64,000 bases of DNA, taken from positions 160,001 to 224,000 of the IMG/VR virus record IMGVR_UViG_3300009031_000221, one strand, 5' to 3'. The notes below the pieces were generated by a model. The model saw only the letters and a list, made by a program, of their open reading frames with translations, ran no database searches and had not been told where the DNA came from. Shown piece after piece: positions 39,490-48,543 of the stretch; position 1 is the stretch's first letter; the number at the start of each line of letters is the position of its first letter. Source of the stretch: a virus. Taxonomy: Duplodnaviria > Caudoviricetes. The position numbers and the translations under genes were made by a program.

Positions 39490-41670
39490 TTAGTCTTCCC
39501 AGATGATCCAATCTTCAACGGTCTTGGGGCCTACCGAAGCGGTCTTGCGTTCGGCATCTGGATAGCTGGAATGAAGCATCTTGGCGTAGACACAACCCGC
39601 CTGCTTCGAGTGTTCCTTGAGGAACCCTGTGATCAGGTTATGTGCATCCGCCTTGCGGCTATGCAAATCAGATGTCATTGTACCGGCATTTTCACGGACA
39701 CTCGAGCATGCATGAAGCCCTAGGCTCGCGGTCTTGGTGGAATAGCCGTAGAGGCCATACTTCCGTGCAGCAACCTTATCAATGGGCTTACCCACATCGG
39801 CGGCTACGCGGAGTTCTGCCAAGCGCATTGTCGATGCAATCCTAGGGCCAATGCTCTTCATAGCTTCCACGAGGATCTTGGCAGGCAATGAGTTGCTCCG
39901 CTTTGCATGCGCCGCAAGGAATGGTGCAACGTTCTCATCCTTCTTGTAGGCAGCCTTGGCAATCTTCGATGCCATACGGGTCAACTTGCTAATGGAACCT
40001 TCGCAGCAGGACTGAATCGAACGGGTGAAACCGTAGAGTCCTGTAGGGGCAACTGCGGCAACCTTGACTCCATTGATCTCATCCCATTGAGTTTCCAATG
40101 CCGTCTTGAATTGATCCGCATGTTCCTTGTTCTGCTTCTTCCAATCTGCCGCGTCCTCAGGGCTCATGTTTTCCGTTGGGTCGGCGGGCTTACCCTTCTC
40201 GAACTTGCCTTCCTTGGCGTCATTGTCCTCTTCGGATGCACGGAATGGGAATGGTTTACGGCTAGGCTGCTTGGGTGCGGGGCCTTGCTGCGTTTCGGGC
40301 TTCCGGAACCTTGGTAGAAGCGTGACCTTCAATCCAGCCCTACGTCCGACAGCCAGTATTCCAGGGGTGGCTTCCTGAAGTGCCCCCTCAGGAAGCTCTA
40401 GGTGAACAACGGTTTCCCGTTGCAACCCCTGCATTTCCTGACCCCGGGTCAAAGGTGGGCTGTACTCAGGGCTAACCACACGGATAAATCCATCATCATG
40501 CGGAATCCCCTCATCATCCTTGAATGGAAAATCGAAACCCATGAGGTCGTTGATGGTGTCCCGATTGAAAGGCTTGTTACCTACGAATGAAAAGTAGGCA
40601 TGTTCAACTTTGTGCGAATATCCCGCTTCCTTGTGCTTGTCCTTGACAACATCTTTGTACTTCTCGGTATTGGCTTCCCACGCTTTGCATTCCGATTCGT
40701 CCAAATTATCAGGACAACCCTCAGCTAGCATTTCCAATTCCGCAATCGCATCCGAGGCACGTCGATCTTCCAATCCCGGAATCATTGATCCTTCGCCTTC
40801 CTCATCCCGTGGGTCGGCGTAATCAACATCCCCTTCGTTCCAAGTGGCTTCCTTGAACTTATCCTTGTATCTGTCCGTATTGGCTTCCCATTCTTTGCAT
40901 TCGGACTCATCCAAGTTGTCGGGGCAACCCTCAGCCATGAATTCCAATTCTGCGAACTCATCATTTGCCAATCGATATTCCATTCCAGGCATCATAGATC
41001 CTTCCCCTTCCTCATCCCGGGGGTCATCGAACTTGTCGATTTCACCTTCGTTCCAAGTAGCAATAGGGTCCAACTTGTTGGGACCACTATCGCCCTTTGT
41101 ATTTTCATCCCCTGCCTTCTTGCCCTCGTAATACAACGCGGCAAGTCTATTGGCGGCATGATCTTCCGCAGTGAAATACTGTGACGTAGGCATGGTGCAA
41201 CTCTCTGCTCCAGGGTTCTTGTACTTGCAGTAGATTGACCATGCGGTTGCCCAGGCCTTAGCGTCATCATAGTCCGGATTCGATTCCTTGACTTCCTTGA
41301 CGTAGCGCTCAACATCCGCAGGGATGTCCCCAATGGCCAACTTGGAAAGGGCGAAATGTGCTGTATCTACGCTGCCATACTTCGATGATTCATCATGAAT
41401 TTCCAACTTGTCCCAACCTAATTTGGCTACAGCCTTTTGCAGTTTGTCCTCAGCCGTATAGGACGGTTCATCGCCCTTGCCCAAGACGGTGAATTGATAA
41501 CGGTGTTCTTTATCCGCGGCGGTCTTGAACTTGTCCCCATGTAGGTCATTCATTTCCTTCCACTTCTTGGCATCCTCGGGAGACATGTTCTGAGTAGGGT
41601 CGGCGGGAACGCCTTCTTCAAAGCGTGCAATCCGCTCAAGTTCCGTCATCAGGGTGTTGCTGTCATTCAT
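39490..41670 (-). CDS. Acidic modular protein with duplicated cassettes delimited by K/R-x-A (putative head internal protein)
   Basis: Duplicated PADPTxNMSPEDA, TWNEG...GCPDNLDESEC and GLYG[FY] modules. Confidence 0.75.
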   Translation of the reverse strand: MNDSNTLMTELERIARFEEGVPADPTQNMSPEDAKKWKEMNDLHGDKFKTAADKEHRYQFTVLGKGDEPSYTAEDKLQKAVAKLGWDKLEIHDESSKYGSVDTAHFALSKLAIGDIPADVERYVKEVKESNPDYDDAKAWATAWSIYCKYKNPGAESCTMPTSQYFTAEDHAANRLAALYYEGKKAGDENTKGDSGPNKLDPIATWNEGEIDKFDDPRDEEGEGSMMPGMEYRLANDEFAELEFMAEGCPDNLDESECKEWEANTDRYKDKFKEATWNEGDVDYADPRDEEGEGSMIPGLEDRRASDAIAELEMLAEGCPDNLDESECKAWEANTEKYKDVVKDKHKEAGYSHKVEHAYFSFVGNKPFNRDTINDLMGFDFPFKDDEGIPHDDGFIRVVSPEYSPPLTRGQEMQGLQRETVVHLELPEGALQEATPGILAVGRRAGLKVTLLPRFRKPETQQGPAPKQPSRKPFPFRASEEDNDAKEGKFEKGKPADPTENMSPEDAADWKKQNKEHADQFKTALETQWDEINGVKVAAVAPTGLYGFTRSIQSCCEGSISKLTRMASKIAKAAYKKDENVAPFLAAHAKRSNSLPAKILVEAMKSIGPRIASTMRLAELRVAADVGKPIDKVAARKYGLYGYSTKTASLGLHACSSVRENAGTMTSDLHSRKADAHNLITGFLKEHSKQAGCVYAKMLHSSYPDAERKTASVGPKTVEDWIIWED
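40624..41061 (-). repeat. Tandem intragenic duplication, 213-nt (71 aa) period
   Basis: TWNEG codons at 41047-41058 and 40834-40845. Confidence 0.85.
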
Positions 41671-41711
41671 GGTGTGTTCCTCAGGTTCCGATCGTCTACT
41701 TGGGGTTATTG

Positions 41712-41729
41712 TATCAGGTGGCTACCGAA
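41712..41729 (-). promoter_or_regulatory. Class B motif TTCGGT-N7-TGATA
   Basis: 42 nt upstream of 41670. Confidence 0.45.
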
Positions 41730-41737
41730 TCCCCGGA

Positions 41738-43762
41738 TCAAACGGGGACAATGGAGGTCTGGATTTTAGGAACCGCCCATCGTGCAATTGCATTCTTGGC
41801 GGCGTTCATAGACAATTTAGTTGTTATTTCCGCAGGGATGGTGATTCCAAATTGTCCTTCGAGCCCATTCAATTCACCTTTGACAGTGTTCATGATGGTG
41901 GGACTCCGCCCAGCCAATCCCGATAGCTTCTGAGCCAATGTCATGGATGGAGTGTACGGCCCTGCCCATTTGGACTTCCCCCAATGAGGAGAAAGGACAA
42001 TTCCCTTTCCTGGCATGAATGCCGGGGATGCACCTTCCGGGGGCAGAATTCGGTATTGCAATACAAGGACTTTCCCTTGAGGGAGCAAACGAACGCCCAA
42101 GTTATGTGCGGGAAGCCACCAACCCATAGGCCCCTTGGGGAACCGTACTGCATTGGCATTCATGTATGTGATGAACTCATCCGTAGGAGTACGGGGTGCC
42201 GTATCTGCTCCCCACCAAGCATCCGCAACTCGCATGGAAGCCAAACGCGGAGATTCCGGGCGCTTCAAATCATCCGTCCCTTGCTCATGCAGGAACTGAT
42301 TCTGCAACCGTCGCATTACGTCCGTGCCGCCGGCGAGGGGTTCATCATAGCCATGGTCAATCTCGTTGGGGTAGATCGGCTTGCCCCCAGGATTGCCTGA
42401 GTAGGTTGCTAGATGAATGTGTGATGGCACATACATATTGGCCCGCGGAAATACGTTTGCCATGGATTTGGATTTATCCTTTTTCCACCATTCCATAGTG
42501 TCGTGTACAAGCGCTTCTGCAACTGCAAAGCTACTAAGGGGATCCTTGTATCGCCAAACTTCATCATCCGGGGTTTGTACGAATACCACGTATTCATAGC
42601 CATGAGTGATTGGGTCGGATTGATCCCCATGAGCATTGTCTTCCGTAATACGGAATGTCAAACTTGTGACGGTGCCTTTCCTATCCCATTGTCGCGTGCC
42701 ATAGCCTGTAGACTTTTCAACCCAATTGAGCTTAGGGTTGACATTAGGTTGAAATAGTTGCTTCTTTGCGGGGGTAACCGGAATAGAAGCGTCCCGAAGT
42801 GCGGCTAGCATAATGCCTTTGACATCGCCATGATCTGATCCCGCCAAGTGTGCTTTGAATCCCCCTGGAATCATCGGGTCAGGGGTGAAATACACGTCTA
42901 CCGTTTGGTCAAAATCTGACCTAGGATCCGCTTTTGGATTGTCCAAGATAACCGTGAACCCATTATGCGGTGACCCCTTCAAGGTGGAATCATGGAACGC
43001 ATGCATGATTTTCTTAGCTGTATCTGCATCGACTCGAAGTGTAAGGTTGTCTAGCGTCGCGCCTGCTACCTTATCGGCAGATTCTTTGTCTCCAGGGCGT
43101 TGCTTGTGCTTTTCCTTGCGGCTACGTCCCTTGTCAACATCCTTTTCACGATTCTGATGCCCGCCGGCGCCCCAACCACGTGTGCCACGTTCCCGTTCGT
43201 AGGGATTGCGCGCAGGATCAAGTTGTACCGTTTTGCTGTCTTTGGTTGAGGCTACCATTTGTCGTCCTTCAGGGCTGATCTCCCGTTCTACCGCCATCGC
43301 CGGCCTGCGAACAAGGTAATTGTCCCACTTTTCATACCACTTGCCGTAAAACTCTGCCTTGGGCACAACACGGACAAGTTGGTCAGGGTCAGGGATATTC
43401 GGGTCGGCTACATAGACATTGTCGTCGTCAACGTCATAAATAACGGAGGCATGTGACCAGGGCCTACCTTCAGGGTTCCACGCAATCATGACAGCAACAC
43501 CGCGATCTGTATATGCCTTGACTTGAGCCAAGGTTGCAGGGCATATCAATGTGGTGCGTGCCCCGAAGTGCTGTGCCGCTGCAAATGCCTGTTCCCAAGA
43601 TGCACCCTGCATTGGGGCGGCTCCCATGACTTTGTTGACATCATCTTCCCCCGCATTCTGAATATCGAGGGCCTCCAAGCACATCGACAGGCTAGTAGCC
43701 ATGCAAGTGTACTGCGACCGTTGGCGCTTGGGATTGAGCGGTGCCGAAGCGGATTTATCCAT
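41738..43762 (-). CDS. Multidomain protein with N-terminal C39-like cysteine peptidase
   Basis: QRSQYTCMATSL, WSHASVI, VYVADPN; later R/K-x-A motifs. Confidence 0.8.
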   Translation of the reverse strand: MDKSASAPLNPKRQRSQYTCMATSLSMCLEALDIQNAGEDDVNKVMGAAPMQGASWEQAFAAAQHFGARTTLICPATLAQVKAYTDRGVAVMIAWNPEGRPWSHASVIYDVDDDNVYVADPNIPDPDQLVRVVPKAEFYGKWYEKWDNYLVRRPAMAVEREISPEGRQMVASTKDSKTVQLDPARNPYERERGTRGWGAGGHQNREKDVDKGRSRKEKHKQRPGDKESADKVAGATLDNLTLRVDADTAKKIMHAFHDSTLKGSPHNGFTVILDNPKADPRSDFDQTVDVYFTPDPMIPGGFKAHLAGSDHGDVKGIMLAALRDASIPVTPAKKQLFQPNVNPKLNWVEKSTGYGTRQWDRKGTVTSLTFRITEDNAHGDQSDPITHGYEYVVFVQTPDDEVWRYKDPLSSFAVAEALVHDTMEWWKKDKSKSMANVFPRANMYVPSHIHLATYSGNPGGKPIYPNEIDHGYDEPLAGGTDVMRRLQNQFLHEQGTDDLKRPESPRLASMRVADAWWGADTAPRTPTDEFITYMNANAVRFPKGPMGWWLPAHNLGVRLLPQGKVLVLQYRILPPEGASPAFMPGKGIVLSPHWGKSKWAGPYTPSMTLAQKLSGLAGRSPTIMNTVKGELNGLEGQFGITIPAEITTKLSMNAAKNAIARWAVPKIQTSIVPV

Positions 43763-43807
43763 GAGGATCCCCAGGCCGAAAACAACGTGGCCTATTGAGG
43801 GGGACAT

Positions 43808-43825
43808 CATAGGAGGATCATCGAA
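43808..43825 (-). promoter_or_regulatory. Class B-like motif TTCGAT-N7-CTATG
   Basis: 46 nt upstream of the MDKSAS start. Confidence 0.4.
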
Positions 43826-43831
43826 ACTTGA

Positions 43832-44089
43832 TTAGCAAATATCGGCGGGTTCTTGAGGGGCTAGAATTAGGGGCCATTCTGTATCGGATTCCCCGACTTC
43901 AAGTCCAAGTTCTACTCCATCAACTATGCCTTGTTCATATCCGGTCTGTAGCCCCATGTGATATGCCATCGTGAAAGCATCTTCTGCTCGGTCAGGCATA
44001 TGCACAACAGGCACGGGCTTATGGAGCATTGCTAGAAATCGATTCCAAATCCGGTCTTTTCGAGCATTTAGTATTTCAAAGGCATTCAT
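43832..44089 (-). CDS. Hypothetical protein
   Basis: ORF with GGAG RBS. Confidence 0.6.
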   Translation of the reverse strand: MNAFEILNARKDRIWNRFLAMLHKPVPVVHMPDRAEDAFTMAYHMGLQTGYEQGIVDGVELGLEVGESDTEWPLILAPQEPADIC

Positions 44090-44090
44090 T

Positions 44091-44531
44091 TTACTCCCCC
44101 TCTGTAGGAGGCCTGTGCTGGAGTGCCACCATGGTCATCATCTCATGAATGGTATCCGGGACTATAGCTGGAATGGTTGTCACAAGCATCTCTGTACAAG
44201 CGGCTGTCAATTCCTCTCGCATTGCAATTTGAGCCGCATCATCCCCAGCTAGATATCGAATAATCAGATCATTGTCCCGTGTCATTGCCGTCAGGATGCA
44301 CATATAAGCTTCCCGACGAAGTGCCTCCACAAGGAGTGCATGTGCTATTGCTCGAGTCCCCTTACCAGGCCATGAATCAAGCAATTCAGCATCGGCGCTT
44401 GATGCGGGTGTTTGATAAGACCAAATATGCCCCGTGAGATCCCGACATATCCGTACATTCAATGCGACGGTAGTTCCGGTAGGATGTTGTCCTGTAGGAG
44501 CCCATAATGCATCTGGGGGGATATTGCTCAT
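44091..44531 (-). CDS. Hypothetical protein
   Basis: Coupled to the groEL stop. Confidence 0.65.
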   Translation of the reverse strand: MSNIPPDALWAPTGQHPTGTTVALNVRICRDLTGHIWSYQTPASSADAELLDSWPGKGTRAIAHALLVEALRREAYMCILTAMTRDNDLIIRYLAGDDAAQIAMREELTAACTEMLVTTIPAIVPDTIHEMMTMVALQHRPPTEGE

Positions 44532-46174
44532 GGTTCATCCCGGAGTACGATTGCCGTTTCAACGGTGAGGATAGTAGCCGCCACGGATACTGCCGCTTTG
44601 ATTGTAGCAAGGGCAACAGCGGTCGGGTCCATAATCATGGGATCCACGGAAAAGTCCCGATAGGTTTCGGTCAAAGCATCCCATCCAACCCAACCGTATC
44701 CTGGGGTGTTCAAGTCATCGACTTTTGACCATGCATCCAGGACGTTGTATACAACAACAGTGCCCTCCTCACCGGCATTGTTGGCAATGACTTCAAGGGG
44801 ACGCATCAAAGCACGACGGACAATATTGCGCCCGTAGTCTTCCGCCGTGATACAATCCTTGTTCTGATATGTCCCCGTGTTGTTTAGCCTGATCCCATTG
44901 GACAATGCCGATGCTGCCCGCAGATAGGCGATTCCGCCTCCAGGCACAACACCATCGCGAAGAGCGGCACGGACGGAACCCAGGGCATCCTCAACACGGG
45001 CACGCCGTTCCTTGAGGGCTACTTCAGTAACACCTCCAATCTTGAGGATTGCCATGCCGCCAGACAACTTGGCGAGGCGTTCCTTGATCCGGTCACGGTC
45101 ATAGTCCGATGCGGAATGTTCTACCTGAGCCCGAAGGGTTGCAATTCGATCTTGTACGGCTTCCGTAGCCTCATCATGTGCAATCAAAAGGGTAGACTTG
45201 GGTTTGAATGTGATTTTCCGGAGCGACCCAAACCATTCAGGGTTCCATACCGTATGATCCAGCCCCGCATTAGGATCTACAAAGGTAGCTCCCGTGATAG
45301 CGGCAATGTCTTGAAGGTATTCCTCTTTACGGAACTGCAGCCCCGGTGCGCCAACCGCTACGGACTTCATGATATCCTTGACATCATTGACAACCATGGT
45401 TGTCAATGCGTCCCCTTCAGCAACCATGCAGAATACAACCAAAGGATTGTCGGGCCACTGGCTTGCAACCTCGAGCAAGTCCTGTACGTCTTCCAATGTA
45501 CGCAGGCGCCCATGGATGACTGCTACTAGAGGGTTGTCAATGACACGCTCGAGTTGATCCCCAAGGAATGCATCGCTACAAGGGCCTTGATCAAGCTCCA
45601 TGCCTTCTTTGAATTCCAGGGTGACTTCCATCCCGACACCATCTTCGATGGTTACGGTTCCGTCCTTGCCAACCGCCATGCATGCTTCCGCCATATTCTG
45701 TGCAACTTCTACGTCACCATTGCTGGCGAGCATTGCAATACGTTCAAGGTCGGCTTGATCCTTGATTTGATGTGTCATCCCACGAATGGCATCCATCGCC
45801 AAATCACGTGCGGCGAACATCCCACGGACGAGACCTCCAGGGTCTTGACCGCATGCAATCATCTTGTGCCCTTCCTGAAGCATTGAAGCCGTTAGGACTG
45901 CAACGGTTGTAGTTCCATCCCCAACCTCATTGTTCACAGCGATGCACGCTTCCTTGAGCATTTGACATCCCTGATTTTCAATGTGATCCTCAAGGGATAC
46001 TTCACGGGCTACCGTCACACCATCCTTGGTGGCAAGCATTCCGGCAAAGCGTTCCATGATACATGTGCGTCCGCCAGGGCCATAGGTGACTGCCACCGCT
46101 TGTGCGATCTTGTTCGCCCCCCGAAGTAAACGGGTTCGTGCGTCATTTCCGGTATAGATGTTTCGTGCGCTCAT
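44528..46174 (-). CDS. groEL: Chaperonin GroEL-like
   Basis: TYGPGGR, TKDGVTVA, GDGTTT, ERLAKLSGG, GVVPGGG, IMDPTAV. Confidence 0.97.
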   Translation of the reverse strand: MSARNIYTGNDARTRLLRGANKIAQAVAVTYGPGGRTCIMERFAGMLATKDGVTVAREVSLEDHIENQGCQMLKEACIAVNNEVGDGTTTVAVLTASMLQEGHKMIACGQDPGGLVRGMFAARDLAMDAIRGMTHQIKDQADLERIAMLASNGDVEVAQNMAEACMAVGKDGTVTIEDGVGMEVTLEFKEGMELDQGPCSDAFLGDQLERVIDNPLVAVIHGRLRTLEDVQDLLEVASQWPDNPLVVFCMVAEGDALTTMVVNDVKDIMKSVAVGAPGLQFRKEEYLQDIAAITGATFVDPNAGLDHTVWNPEWFGSLRKITFKPKSTLLIAHDEATEAVQDRIATLRAQVEHSASDYDRDRIKERLAKLSGGMAILKIGGVTEVALKERRARVEDALGSVRAALRDGVVPGGGIAYLRAASALSNGIRLNNTGTYQNKDCITAEDYGRNIVRRALMRPLEVIANNAGEEGTVVVYNVLDAWSKVDDLNTPGYGWVGWDALTETYRDFSVDPMIMDPTAVALATIKAAVSVAATILTVETAIVLRDEP

Positions 46175-46236
46175 GTTCCAATCCAAGGCAAGCGTGCCCA
46201 CATTGGAACAATACCCCGAAAAGGTGATCGGTAAGG

Positions 46237-47034
46237 CTACTGATAAGCTATGCGACCGATCCAACGTCCTGCAACACGGGATGCCGAGGAATTAGATGCT
46301 AAAACTGGAAATGCCCGATAGAATTCCTTGACCGCTTTCTTCCATTTGCCCGGTGCCAGCTTTTTCCACACTGCCATTTGTATGGAAGCAGTCCCTGCAA
46401 TCAATTTCATCAGGTAATCCCGTTGGTCCTGATCCTCCTCCACCCCTTTCAGGTGCTTCCGGGCTTGATTGATTATGTCGTTCAGTTGGGGATAGAATTC
46501 CACGTCATCCAATAGGTAATTCTCTTCGTAGGTCCTGCGGGAGTCATAAAGCTGAAGTGCCTGACTATGCTGGGGTGTCATGATGTGCTGGGAAGGCATT
46601 CCCGGTCGGGGAGCCACTGAATCCGAAAGCTTTGCCAAGTCCGCCATGAAGGACTGGGTTACGTGCTGTAGCTCATGCCTGACATCATCCGATAACCTAT
46701 CTACATCATGTTTGTATTTGAAACGCAGTATGATCGTCAGGTTATGGGTTTTCGGATCCCAAGTACCGGTTCCACGATCTTGAGCCTTCGCCACTCTCAC
46801 GATGACTTTGATAGCCTTCCATTCAGGGGGTAACTTCTTCAACGATTTGATTAGCGGGGATTCGGCATATCGCCACCCGATTAGATCCATTGGGAAAGTC
46901 CGAATTGCGGACTTGTTCATATTGGGTCCGAAGGCAGCCCGCCAATCAGCGTTTGCAGCCAACACCCATTCCGTGATGTCATTGACCATCGCGGGAGGAG
47001 GTTCTAGAAGTCCTGCATCTATTGATATGCTCAT
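46237..47034 (-). CDS. HExxH zinc-metallopeptidase-like protein with C-terminal RVAGRW motif
   Basis: VRHELQHVTQ...EFYP; SSASRVAGRWIGRIA. Confidence 0.65.
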   Translation of the reverse strand: MSISIDAGLLEPPPAMVNDITEWVLAANADWRAAFGPNMNKSAIRTFPMDLIGWRYAESPLIKSLKKLPPEWKAIKVIVRVAKAQDRGTGTWDPKTHNLTIILRFKYKHDVDRLSDDVRHELQHVTQSFMADLAKLSDSVAPRPGMPSQHIMTPQHSQALQLYDSRRTYEENYLLDDVEFYPQLNDIINQARKHLKGVEEDQDQRDYLMKLIAGTASIQMAVWKKLAPGKWKKAVKEFYRAFPVLASNSSASRVAGRWIGRIAYQ

Positions 47035-47243
47035 ATATCACTAGGAGGTTCGTGTGTTAGCGGTTCTAGCACGGAACTGAACTGAGGTGCATGAACCAGG
47101 AACGCGGCAATGCGTCGCCTCAGCACCCCGTCATCCGGAGGTCGACAACATGTCCCGGTAATCTGCTTCCGATACCTGCCTAGCTCAGGATTGGCACGGA
47201 TGACTGCCACGAACTGAGAGTAGAGTAACGTGATCGTATTCAT
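47031..47243 (-). CDS. Hypothetical protein
   Basis: Coupled ORF. Confidence 0.5.
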   Translation of the reverse strand: MNTITLLYSQFVAVIRANPELGRYRKQITGTCCRPPDDGVLRRRIAAFLVHAPQFSSVLEPLTHEPPSDI

Positions 47244-47857
47244 TAGGACACATAGACCAAGCAGCCAAACTTCCCGTTTTCCTTGCGATGAAACGTGAAA
47301 ACCAGCAATGAATTGATGATTCGGATGTTGGTGAATGGATCCGATGTCTTGAAAGCTAACTTCAAATTTGCTTGCCCGTCATCCGCACGGAAGATATGCG
47401 AATCAATGATGTCATCCACAACAATGTTGAATCCCGCTAGTACGTCCCAGGCAACGCTGTACCCTTGTTCCGCCTTATCAAAGGACTTGTTCTCATCTAA
47501 CCCTGCCAATCGAAACGCATTCCCAATCTGTCGTTTGATCCTTGGGTCCATCCGGTTAGGGGAAGCAGCAGTTCTCCCGGATGCAGAAGCTTCTACATCA
47601 AGAGATCGAGCGGCATGATCTAAAGTTCCCGTAGCCCGTTGCATGACATCTACGACTTTGTTAACATGGCCATTATCGTCAGCGATGGATCCGTAACCTT
47701 CCCCATGCCCACCTGGATGTCGTGCCGTCAATACCAGTACGGCATTTTCGATCAGGTTGTTCGCTTCACGGAGCTGATCCGCAGCCCAGTGAAGGTTATC
47801 CCTATCAGATGTATCCGCTTTTAGGTATCTAGTGGCTACTCGTTGGAATGATTTCAT
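47243..47857 (-). CDS. Hypothetical protein with N-terminal RVATRY motif
   Basis: MKSFQRVATRYLKA, internal RTAA. Confidence 0.7.
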   Translation of the reverse strand: MKSFQRVATRYLKADTSDRDNLHWAADQLREANNLIENAVLVLTARHPGGHGEGYGSIADDNGHVNKVVDVMQRATGTLDHAARSLDVEASASGRTAASPNRMDPRIKRQIGNAFRLAGLDENKSFDKAEQGYSVAWDVLAGFNIVVDDIIDSHIFRADDGQANLKLAFKTSDPFTNIRIINSLLVFTFHRKENGKFGCLVYVS

Positions 47858-47890
47858 CTTGTCCTCTCATGACGTACACCATGAGGAGAG

Positions 47891-47908
47891 GATAAGCGGG
47901 CTACCGAA
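47891..47908 (-). promoter_or_regulatory. Class B motif TTCGGT-N7-TTATC
   Basis: 34 nt upstream of 47857. Confidence 0.55.
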
Positions 47909-47986
47909 ACACGGATCCATTTGGTGTCATTTCTATAGGTTATGTAGAAGGGCGAAAAAAAAACGACTCGAGGGCTGGATGGTAGA

Positions 47987-48013
47987 CTTACTATTCGATT
48001 GGGATGCGTAGAT
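47987..48013 (+). promoter_or_regulatory. Class A phage promoter upstream of the tRNA leader
   Basis: CTTACT attcgattggga TGCGTAGAT. Confidence 0.75.
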
Positions 48014-48020
48014 AGAACAC

Positions 48021-48049
48021 TTGACAGCCGCACCGTGGAGGTGTAGGGT
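48021..48049 (+). promoter_or_regulatory. Sigma70 promoter TTGACA-N17-TAGGGT
   Basis: Perfect -35, 17-nt spacer, TANNNT -10. Confidence 0.75.
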
Positions 48050-48074
48050 GTTCAATGTGAGGACAAGAAACGTG

Positions 48075-48179
48075 ATGAAGACCTTAACCACATCCTTTAC
48101 CGAGCGCAGTACCGTGACAAAGGGCGAGTCCCTTACGTCATGGTATCTGTTGTCGCCCGAGGGGGTGGGAGGTCGCTGA
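48075..48179 (+). CDS. 34 aa leader peptide MKTLTTSFTERSTVTKGESLTSWYLLSPEGVGGR (putative attenuator)
   Basis: GAGG RBS at 48059; overlaps the antiterminator strand; codons match the downstream tRNA anticodons. Confidence 0.8.
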   Translation: MKTLTTSFTERSTVTKGESLTSWYLLSPEGVGGR

Positions 48180-48202
48180 ACGATTGAATCGTCTGCACCT
48201 TG

Positions 48203-48243
48203 AAACCCTCTCCGGCAACGCCCGAGAGGGTTTTCGCGTTTCT
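48203..48243 (+). terminator. Intrinsic terminator/attenuator hairpin
   Basis: AAACCCTCTC (48203-12) / GAGAGGGTTT (48224-33), inner GGC/GCC, followed by T-rich TCGCGTTTCT. Confidence 0.85.
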
Positions 48244-48244
48244 A

Positions 48245-48281
48245 GGGCCTTCGCGGCCCGCTGAACTTTGACAACTGAATA
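48245..48281 (+). promoter_or_regulatory. boxB-like hairpin plus rrn-type boxA-like element
   Basis: GGGCC-ttcgc-GGCCC then GAACTTTGACAACTGAATA, resembling rRNA-leader boxA. Confidence 0.6.
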
Positions 48282-48342
48282 CGTTGTATCTTCGTGCCGG
48301 GGACACCCGTCTTAGGACGTAATGGTGTCCCCGGCACGCGAT

Positions 48343-48426
48343 GCCCGGGTGATGAAACTGGTAGACTTCCCTGTCTCAGAAGCAGGGGCTCGTAAGGGCG
48401 TGCGGATTCGACTTCCGCCTCGGGCA
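48343..48426 (+). tRNA. tRNA-Leu(CAG)
   Basis: Cloverleaf, loop CT CAG AA, long variable arm, A73. Confidence 0.9.
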
Positions 48427-48452
48427 CTATGGTAGATTTGGCTACCGACAAC

Positions 48453-48535
48453 GGGGGTATTGGGCAGGTGGTGAGCCCAATTGACTGTAAATCAATCGCC
48501 TTTCGGCTGTGGTAGTTCGATTCTACTTGCCCCCA
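48453..48535 (+). tRNA. tRNA-Tyr(GTA)
   Basis: Loop CT GTA AA, long variable arm. Confidence 0.9.
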
Positions 48536-48543
48536 CCTAATAG

